A stretch of 64,000 nt of DNA, taken from assembly GCA_002787355.1 (NCBI GenBank), contig PCWN01000007.1:184996-248995 (forward strand), in the 5' to 3' direction. Under the pieces are notes generated by a model. It was not told where the DNA came from and did not search any database. It worked only from the letters and a program-made list of their open reading frames with translations. Of the stretch, positions 56,961-64,000 are shown piece after piece; positions within the stretch are counted from its first letter, which is position 1; the number at the start of each line of letters is the position of its first letter. Both the position numbers and the translations under genes were made by a program. This DNA is from Candidatus Magasanikbacteria bacterium CG11_big_fil_rev_8_21_14_0_20_39_34. Lineage in GTDB: Bacteria; Patescibacteriota; Patescibacteriia; Magasanikbacterales; UBA922.

Positions 56961-57926
56961 TCACCTCCAATAGATATTAGGAGGAAAACGGAGGTCAATA
57001 TACTGGATATGTAAAAGGTCTAATTTTTTCTTTTCCACAACCGTATTGAGATCTTCAATCTGTCTATCTATTGGGTCGTGCAAGCTTACCATAAGCTTGG
57101 GTCCTTTTTTGGTAAATATAGTGAGATCCCGATACTCATCTTCAAGTAAAAAATAAGCCGGTGACAAATCCTGTGAAGTTTTGAGCATCTCAAACCATTG
57201 AATAAGTGCTTGAATGGTTTTTTCTTTTAAAAGTGTTCTCTCAGATTCACTTTCATGATTTTTTGCACCTCGAATATCGTAGACTATAGGATAATCTCCA
57301 TAAGATCCAGAAAGTCCAATGTAGTCTACAATATGGTTTTTCCCAACTTCTGTTTTATGTTCCTGAATCTCACCCGTGCTGAGTGTTGAAGTGGTAATTG
57401 AATATTCCTTCTTCCACTCATCATCTGTTACTTTCCGTAGCGTTTCAACTTTATTTCCGTACAAATCAAGATAGGCATATTCCAAACCATCATCATAGAT
57501 GACATTTGATATCCTTTCTTCCACTTCCAAAGAAAGGGTTTGTGGAAAGCTCTTCTCTACTTTAATACGTTTAATGGGATATTTTTCTTTCAAAAAATCT
57601 ACAATCTCCTGTGTATTTACCAGAATATAGCTTTCTCCAGGAAGAAAAATGAATTTTTTGAAATGTAAAATAGTATGAACAGAGTCTTCAAAGGCGAGCT
57701 GATCAATACGATTCAATCCTGTAACATCAATTTTTTGAATATGAAAAAATGTATGAAAAAACAGGAAGTATAACATTACTACAAAGGAGAGAAAAATGGT
57801 CATCCAATAAAGCTTTATTTTTAAAGACAAACCAGTATTCTCTGTTACAGAAAAAGGGTTCCGCTTTTTTACCCAAGCAAAATCCTTCCCTTTTCTTTGG
57901 GATGTGTACAAAAAAGGTTTTTTCAT
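56961..57926 (-). CDS. FtsQ/DivIB-type POTRA cell division protein
   Basis: Single TM, IQKIDVTGL, VEKSFPQTLSLEVEER, YIDLRF. Confidence 0.8.
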   Translation of the reverse strand: MKKPFLYTSQRKGKDFAWVKKRNPFSVTENTGLSLKIKLYWMTIFLSFVVMLYFLFFHTFFHIQKIDVTGLNRIDQLAFEDSVHTILHFKKFIFLPGESYILVNTQEIVDFLKEKYPIKRIKVEKSFPQTLSLEVEERISNVIYDDGLEYAYLDLYGNKVETLRKVTDDEWKKEYSITTSTLSTGEIQEHKTEVGKNHIVDYIGLSGSYGDYPIVYDIRGAKNHESESERTLLKEKTIQALIQWFEMLKTSQDLSPAYFLLEDEYRDLTIFTKKGPKLMVSLHDPIDRQIEDLNTVVEKKKLDLLHIQYIDLRFPPNIYWR

Positions 57927-57935
57927 GCCAAATAA

Positions 57936-59192
57936 TTAGGAAATGGTATCTTTCCCAAAATAAGGTTGTAAAGCCTTTGGAATCGCAATAGAACCGTCTT
58001 CTCGTTGATGGTTTTCAATGAGTGCAATGGGAAAACGAGATAAAACGACCGCTGTACCATTGAGTGTATGCACAAATTCGGACTTACCATCAGAATTTAT
58101 GTATCGAATATTTAATCTTCTTGCCTGATAGTCTGTACAGTTACTGGTGCTGGTAATCTCTGCATAGTCGCCAGATGAATTTTCATCACCCTTCATAGTC
58201 ATATAAGCTTCAATATCAAATTTTCTATATGCAGGTCCTCCCAGATCTCCAGTTGGAATATCGATAACCCGATAAGGAATTTTCAATCCATCACAAATAG
58301 CCTTTTCAATCTCAAGTAGCTCATTATGAAGTTTTTCACTTTCTTCCGGCTTACAAAATACAAACATCTCTAATTTTGAAAACTGATGAACACGGTAAAG
58401 GCCCTTGCTTTCTCTTCCATAGGCTCCTGCTTCTGTACGAAAACAATGTGAAAGGGCAACATACTTTTTGGGTCCATTGGAAAGATCCAAAATTTCATCC
58501 ATGTGATATCCTCCAATAGTAATCTCAGCAGTTCCAATTAAACTGAGGTCTGTATTTTCAATGTTATAAATTTGTGTTTCATCCCCACGCGGGTTGAAGC
58601 CTGCGCCTTCCAGTACACTTTGCTTGGCAAGATCTGGAGTTTCCATGATGGTATAACCATACTTTTCTACTATATCCATTCCATACTGGATCAGAGCAAG
58701 ATTCAGTCGTACCAAATCCCCCTTTGAATAGTAAAATTTTGATCCTACTACCTTCGCTCCCCTATCAAAGTCAACCAAGTCCTTTTCTAAAAGAATCTGG
58801 TCATGACTTTTTGGTTGAAAAGAAAATGTTTGTGGTGCATGATGAGTCTCAAGTACAACAAAATCTTCCTCTCCACCAATCGGAGTATCCGGATGGGTCA
58901 TATTTGGGATTTGCTGGAGAAGTGCCTTGTATCGTTCCTGTATACCCTCAAACTCCTGTTCCATTGATTTGATTTGCTCCTTTGTATACTTATTTTGTTC
59001 AATAACTTCCGGAGTTGGTTTCTGTTTTGAATTGGCATTAAGAGTAGCACGTAGAGTGTCCAGTTCTGTTTGAATACCTCTTCTTTTTTCATCTACTTCA
59101 AGAAGTTCATCTACAGAAACCTTCACTCCCCTATTCAGGCAATTTTTCTTTATAGCATCTATATTTTCTCGAATAAATTTGATATCTAGCAT
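57936..59192 (-). CDS. serS: Serine--tRNA ligase
   Basis: MLDIKFIREN, LIGTAE, FRTEAG, GLYRVHQF, SNCTDYQARR, HTLNGT. Confidence 0.97.
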   Translation of the reverse strand: MLDIKFIRENIDAIKKNCLNRGVKVSVDELLEVDEKRRGIQTELDTLRATLNANSKQKPTPEVIEQNKYTKEQIKSMEQEFEGIQERYKALLQQIPNMTHPDTPIGGEEDFVVLETHHAPQTFSFQPKSHDQILLEKDLVDFDRGAKVVGSKFYYSKGDLVRLNLALIQYGMDIVEKYGYTIMETPDLAKQSVLEGAGFNPRGDETQIYNIENTDLSLIGTAEITIGGYHMDEILDLSNGPKKYVALSHCFRTEAGAYGRESKGLYRVHQFSKLEMFVFCKPEESEKLHNELLEIEKAICDGLKIPYRVIDIPTGDLGGPAYRKFDIEAYMTMKGDENSSGDYAEITSTSNCTDYQARRLNIRYINSDGKSEFVHTLNGTAVVLSRFPIALIENHQREDGSIAIPKALQPYFGKDTIS

Positions 59193-59207
59193 AAAATTTG
59201 TATTAAT

Positions 59208-60065
59208 TTACAAACCATATTTTTCTATAACTTGTTTGAGTTCTTGAAACACCGTCTGAAACATGGCAAGATTTTCTGGGATGAGATCGTCCTTTTGGAG
59301 TACTTCATCCAAAGGAAAAAACCGCTTTTCTATAACTTCCCTATCTGAGTGATTTCCTTCTCCACCAATAATTTTTACCACGTGAGGAATAAGACAAACC
59401 TGGTAGTTCTTTTCTTTCTCCTCCATAATATTCACTCGGGAAAGTGGGGTGACAATTTCTACTATGTAGTCAACTTCTTCTTGTGTTTCTCGTATCACGC
59501 AATCAGCGAGATTTTCTCCTAATTGCAACTTTCCACCAGGAAGTTCCCATTTTTTATGAAAACGTGGATTTTCTGGATCATTACGCAGGGTCATGAGTAA
59601 CTCGCCATTTTTTATAACCAATGCAATCGGTACAATCATTTGTCGAAATGCGGGCTTTTGTTCCTCGCTTGGATGCATTTTCGATGATTTGTGTTGTCCT
59701 TCTTTGTATCTTTTTGCACGAACAACTTTTGTATTCAACTGAAATTCTTTTATCTTTTTTTCCAATTCCTCAGTAAAAAAGGTTTGGTCATAGCCCAACA
59801 GGATATACTCTGGACTATATTCACGGACAACCGTATAGACGTCATCCCTATCTCCTAAAATAGCTGTATCCACCAAAGAAAGACTTTGTATAAGCATAAG
59901 ACGTTCATCTTCTGTATGCATGGGAGGACGTTTTTTCAGATCCGTAACACGAGCATCACGACCAACTACAACAACCAACTCATCGGCCAGTTCTCTTGCT
60001 TGTTGCAAGAGAAAAACATGACCGGCATGAATCCCATCAAATGTACCAAAAACCATTACCCGCAT
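59208..60065 (-). CDS. Fusion of RibL-like (archaeal-type FAD synthase/cytidylyltransferase) and NUDIX hydrolase
   Basis: FGTFDGIHAGH, VVGRD, LGYDQ; then WELPGGKLQLGENLADCVIRETQEEV. Confidence 0.82.
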   Translation of the reverse strand: MRVMVFGTFDGIHAGHVFLLQQARELADELVVVVGRDARVTDLKKRPPMHTEDERLMLIQSLSLVDTAILGDRDDVYTVVREYSPEYILLGYDQTFFTEELEKKIKEFQLNTKVVRAKRYKEGQHKSSKMHPSEEQKPAFRQMIVPIALVIKNGELLMTLRNDPENPRFHKKWELPGGKLQLGENLADCVIRETQEEVDYIVEIVTPLSRVNIMEEKEKNYQVCLIPHVVKIIGGEGNHSDREVIEKRFFPLDEVLQKDDLIPENLAMFQTVFQELKQVIEKYGL

Positions 60066-60066
60066 A

Positions 60067-61974
60067 TTATTTCCAGAGATCAAATTTTTCAGTTACTTTT
60101 TGAACTGATTTCATTTCACCGTAGATCAGAATCCCTAAAAATTGTATTTCATCAAGATTCTTTTTACTTTGGAGTTCTTCAACTTTTTTATCGTTACTCG
60201 AGTCTCGCATTTCTTCAGTAAAACAGGTAACAAGAAATCCCCCATCTTCTGCTTGCTGTTTAAGAAGACGAAGATGCTCCCGCGAGTCTGTTTGCTTCAT
60301 TACAATGGCATGACGTATATTCATGGGGATGGCAACACCATCTTTTGTGTGCGATTCCGAAATTTCAAAGAGTTCTTTTCCACTTCTTGCTGCAAAAGAG
60401 GCACTCAAGTGTGCTGCAGTGTTTAAAAGACTCCATTGTGGTTGTTGCCCATCGTTGAGAATAATGGCATGTGCAGCCATGGTTTTTGCTTTTTTCTCAG
60501 AAGAATCACGATGATCCTCAGGACGCATGAGTGGAAATAGTACACACTCACGAATAGGTTTATTTTCGAGAAAAGAAAAGAGACGCTCTGAAACTCCAAA
60601 TCCGGTAGTTGGGGGCATTCCATACTCAAGTGCTTCTACGAAGTCTGCATCATGCATTTGTGCCTCTGTATCCCCTGCTTCGCGCATTTTAGCCTGCTCC
60701 AGGAATCTTCCCGCTTGATCAATTGGATCATTCAATTCCGAATAACCATTCCCAATTTCTGATCCTGCAATAATAACCTGGTACCGTTCTGTAAGTTTTG
60801 GATTCTCCTTTTGTCTTTTTGCAAGTGGAGAGACTTCCACGGGAAGATTTACCAAAAAGACTGGACCTTGAATTTTTTTTCTACAAAATTTCCAAAGGCT
60901 ATCAATAAGTCTTCCTTTTCCCGCAAATTCCTCAAAACTTTGAGAAAGCTCACGAAGTTTATCTTTTAGTTCATCTTCTGTAGCCTCTAAAATATCTACT
61001 CCGGTATATTCAAGAATAGTGTCTCTGTAGTCTATGTGCTTCCATTCTCCGGAGAGGTCAATGTTTTTAAACTCACCAATTTGTTCAAATTGTAATGTTC
61101 CAAATGCGGAAGAAATAGTGTGCTTATATAGACGTTCTACCAGATCCATTCCTTTTTTATAATCTGAATATGCCCAATAAAATTCCATCTGTGTGTAATC
61201 TTGAAGGTGTTCCCGGCTCATTCCTTCATTGCGAAATTGACGACCAATTTCAAAAGTTTTTTCAAATCCACCTACCATGAGACGTTTTTGCCACAATTCC
61301 CCCATAGAGATTCGCAAATAGACATCAATATCCAAAGCATTATGATGGGTAATAAATGGGGTGGCATCTGCACCTCCGGGGGTGGTTTCAAGTACCGGGG
61401 TTTCAACTTCAAGGAATCCTTCTTGTATCAAAAATTCACGCATTGACTGCCAAAAACGTGCTTTTCTGGTAAACATATCACGAAGTTCTGGATGTGAAAG
61501 AAGATCGAGATAACGTTTTCGAAGTCGTGTCTCCTCATCCTGTAGTCCATAAAATTTGTCCGGAAGTGGTCTTAAAGATTTGGTAAGAAGAGTAAAGGAT
61601 ATAACTTTTATAGACTCTTCGCCCTTGTGGGTTACAAAACGCTCACCGGTAAAAGAAACGAAGTCCCCAATATCAATTTTTTTAGCAAAAATAGCATAGT
61701 TCTCAGGTCCTAAAATATCCTTTTGAAGGGCAATTTGAATTTTCCCTGTCATATCTTGAACATGAGAAAAAGTTATTTTCCCCATGTCTCTTTTTGCAAC
61801 CACTCGTCCGACTACCGTGACTTCACTCCCTTCTGAGGCTTCAAATGCAACTTGTACCGTTTGCTTGCGGTCTGCTTGAGCTGGATAAGGATTAATTCCG
61901 GCGTCCAAAAGATCATGCAACTTTCGCAGACGCACCTCTCTTTCATCATTGATATTTATTGGCTGTTCATTCAT
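60067..61974 (-). CDS. lysS: Class II lysine--tRNA ligase with C-terminal DUF2000-like domain
   Basis: RYLDL, FLEVETP, FEIGRQFRNEG, NGYSELNDP, ALEYGMPP; extra ~140 aa after FPLMRP. Confidence 0.95.
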   Translation of the reverse strand: MNEQPININDEREVRLRKLHDLLDAGINPYPAQADRKQTVQVAFEASEGSEVTVVGRVVAKRDMGKITFSHVQDMTGKIQIALQKDILGPENYAIFAKKIDIGDFVSFTGERFVTHKGEESIKVISFTLLTKSLRPLPDKFYGLQDEETRLRKRYLDLLSHPELRDMFTRKARFWQSMREFLIQEGFLEVETPVLETTPGGADATPFITHHNALDIDVYLRISMGELWQKRLMVGGFEKTFEIGRQFRNEGMSREHLQDYTQMEFYWAYSDYKKGMDLVERLYKHTISSAFGTLQFEQIGEFKNIDLSGEWKHIDYRDTILEYTGVDILEATEDELKDKLRELSQSFEEFAGKGRLIDSLWKFCRKKIQGPVFLVNLPVEVSPLAKRQKENPKLTERYQVIIAGSEIGNGYSELNDPIDQAGRFLEQAKMREAGDTEAQMHDADFVEALEYGMPPTTGFGVSERLFSFLENKPIRECVLFPLMRPEDHRDSSEKKAKTMAAHAIILNDGQQPQWSLLNTAAHLSASFAARSGKELFEISESHTKDGVAIPMNIRHAIVMKQTDSREHLRLLKQQAEDGGFLVTCFTEEMRDSSNDKKVEELQSKKNLDEIQFLGILIYGEMKSVQKVTEKFDLWK

Positions 61975-62052
61975 AAAAAAGGTTTAGAAATATACCTTAC
62001 TATAGCAAAAAAGGCTAAAGGAATCAAATCCCTCTATTTGGGATTCCATGGC

Positions 62053-62511
62053 TTAGAGGATATTAAGAACCTCATAGGTAATTACTCCCACAGGTACCTG
62101 AACTTCCACAATATCCCCCTTCTTTTTTCCAAGAAAAGCTTCTCCGAGTGGTGATTCATTTGAGATCTTTCCGGCTGCTGGATCTGCCTCTTGAGCGCCT
62201 ACAATAGTAAATTTCATGTTTTTCCCATTGAAGAGAACCTCTATAGTTGATCCAAGAGCTACCTTATCAGATGAAGTCTTATGAATGATTTTCGCTTGTA
62301 AAAGAATTTGTTCAAGCTCCATTACTCTTCCATTTGCCCATCCCATCTCTTCTCGAGCAGCATGATATTCAGCATTTTCGGATAGATCACCCATTTGGCG
62401 TGCTTCATCAATTCTTTTGGCTAAATTGGGAAGTTTTTCCTCACGTAAAACCTGAAGCTCATGTTGAAGTTCATCAAATTTTTCCTGAGTCAGAAATTGT
62501 TCATCTGTCAT
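62053..62511 (-). CDS. greA: Transcription elongation factor GreA
   Basis: GDLSENAEYHAARE, ISNESPLGEAFLG; conserved greA-lysS order. Confidence 0.96.
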   Translation of the reverse strand: MTDEQFLTQEKFDELQHELQVLREEKLPNLAKRIDEARQMGDLSENAEYHAAREEMGWANGRVMELEQILLQAKIIHKTSSDKVALGSTIEVLFNGKNMKFTIVGAQEADPAAGKISNESPLGEAFLGKKKGDIVEVQVPVGVITYEVLNIL

Positions 62512-62597
62512 AGTATTTCAATTAAGAACAAAAAACCGCTTCATGCGGATTGCAATTTTAAGTATAAACACAACTGAAAGGAAAGTCAAATAAAGCC

Positions 62598-64000
62598 CTA
62601 TGACCCAGAATTTTTCTGATAGTTCCACCACCATGCATAAAAATCATAGGCAATTGGTGCTGCTATTTGACTTCCTTCTCCCCCTTCTTCTATAAGAATA
62701 GTCACTACAATTTTCGGAGAATCATATGGGGCAAAGGAAGTAAACCAAGCATGGTTTTCTTTTGTATTATTCCACTGTGCGGTTCCCGTTTTTGCGCCTA
62801 CACTGAAAGGAAGGGTACTGAGTCGTCTACAGGACCCCAATAGGACACAGTCCCGCATACCAAGTTTTACATGATTGAGGTTTGCAACACTTACGGGCAC
62901 TTTTTCAAATGTTGGTGTGTGCGGAAGGATAGCTTCACTTGTGGTTGGAGATATGAGTGAAGAAAAAATTGTAGGTTGAAAAAGTTTTCCCCCATTTACA
63001 ATTGAAGCAGTCGCATTACAAATCTGAAGTGGAGTAACCAAGAGATCCCCTTGTCCAATAGAAAGGTTATAGGTATCTCCAATATACCAAACTTCTCCCT
63101 TTTTCTCTTCTTTCCACTCTTTTGAAGGTAAAAATCCCGTTGCCTCACTCGGCAGATCTATTCCCGTTTTTTTTGAAAAACCAAATTGACTTAAATAACT
63201 GGCGATTTTTTCTACCCCCAATCCTACAAAGTCGCTATACCCTCCACCGATTATGTAAAAAAATGTATTTACAGAATTTGCAAGTGCAAGACGCAAATTA
63301 ACTCGACCATGGCCTCCGGCCTTCCAGTCAGGAAAAAACCACTTATTGACCTGAATTCCTCCTGTACTTAGGAAGGTGGTATTTGGGGTAATGATCCCCT
63401 CTTGAAGTGCTGATGCTCCAATAACGGTTTTAATAACCGATCCTGATGGGTAAGTACCTGAGATAGACCTGTTAAATAAAGGATTGTCTGGGTTAGAAAT
63501 GTAACCTTGGTATTTTTCTTGAGAAATTCCACCTGAAAAGTCATTGTTATCATAGGAAGGTAAGCTTACCATGGCTAAAATTTGACCAGAACTTGGATCC
63601 ATAACAATCCCGGAAGCTTTAGTTTTGCGTTCTATTTGCATATGCTCCTGAATGATTCGCTCCAAAGCATTTTGCATATTGAGATCAATACTCAGTTGAA
63701 TATGCTGTCCAGGTTGTGGAGGTGTCTCAGAAAGGCTCAAACGTTCATGTCCGGTTGCATCAATTTCTATAACCTTTTTTCCATACATACCACGCAAAAG
63801 ATTTTCATATTCTTGTTCAACACCTGTTTTTCCAATCAGGTCGGACGGCAGATACCCAACTTCATGAAGACCAGTGTGATCCGCATCACCAGAGAGCTCT
63901 TTCTGACTAATTTTTCCTTCATAACCTAAAATATGAGCAAGTGAATGGGCAGAAGATGTAGGATAGGTATAAAAACGCTTACTTCCGGATTGAACTTGCA
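62598..64000 (-). CDS. mrdA: Penicillin-binding protein 2, class B (partial, 5' end outside window)
   Basis: Frame open to the window edge (HILGY...IGKTGVEQEYE); YPSGSVIK SxxK, SVN, KTGTAQ. Confidence 0.92.
   Translation of the reverse strand, partial: QVQSGSKRFYTYPTSSAHSLAHILGYEGKISQKELSGDADHTGLHEVGYLPSDLIGKTGVEQEYENLLRGMYGKKVIEIDATGHERLSLSETPPQPGQHIQLSIDLNMQNALERIIQEHMQIERKTKASGIVMDPSSGQILAMVSLPSYDNNDFSGGISQEKYQGYISNPDNPLFNRSISGTYPSGSVIKTVIGASALQEGIITPNTTFLSTGGIQVNKWFFPDWKAGGHGRVNLRLALANSVNTFFYIIGGGYSDFVGLGVEKIASYLSQFGFSKKTGIDLPSEATGFLPSKEWKEEKKGEVWYIGDTYNLSIGQGDLLVTPLQICNATASIVNGGKLFQPTIFSSLISPTTSEAILPHTPTFEKVPVSVANLNHVKLGMRDCVLLGSCRRLSTLPFSVGAKTGTAQWNNTKENHAWFTSFAPYDSPKIVVTILIEEGGEGSQIAAPIAYDFYAWWWNYQKNSGS

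Noticed and set aside
1-64000. CRISPR array, tRNA/rRNA genes, transposases, integrases, prophage genes
   Set aside because: No regularly spaced direct repeats, cloverleaf/T-loop motifs or mobile-element proteins were recognised. Intergenic spaces are short and were read individually.
1-64000. Alternative genetic code (UGA=Gly as in Gracilibacteria/Absconditabacteria)
   Set aside because: Long conserved genes are uninterrupted under the standard code.
62598-64000. Apparently N-truncated PBP2 (ORF track starts at 63797)
   Set aside because: The frame is open to the window edge; the truncation is a window artefact.

Overview
AT-rich bacterial chromosomal window, standard genetic code. Gene content and style point to a Patescibacteria (CPR/Parcubacteria-like) genome; this is inference from SD-less A/T-rich leaders, a stand-alone VirD4-like ATPase, a short AlaRS and an RpoA lacking its CTD. 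Housekeeping genes: dnaG-rpoD, mnmA-alaS, infA-rpmJ-rpsM-rpsK-rpsD-rpoA-rplQ-rplM-rpsI, clpB, gltX, era, rplI, pyrG, serS, lysS, two greA paralogues and a partial mrdA. Accessory content: a copper/thiol-redox cluster (3-6.5 kb), an RND efflux pair, sod-ahpC, glycosylation genes, and an extended Rrf2-IscS-SUF-ferredoxin operon with a divergent flavin reductase. No tRNA, rRNA, CRISPR array, transposase or prophage gene was recognised. Most notable unexplained signals: (1) a near-palindromic 28-bp dif-like site plus an inverted half-site bracketing a 260-bp hairpin-dense AT-rich segment exactly where gene orientation flips (55.7-56.0 kb); (2) a stand-alone ~100-nt structured sRNA with its own promoter and UUCG terminator (23.9 kb); (3) a LysRS fused to a DUF2000/Pth2-fold domain; (4) two ~58-60% GC orphan genes with canonical SD sites; (5) a CIRCE variant at clpB, a structured leader before rpmJ and a codon-usage mosaic in pyrG. 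All assignments are by eye from motifs; no searches were run.
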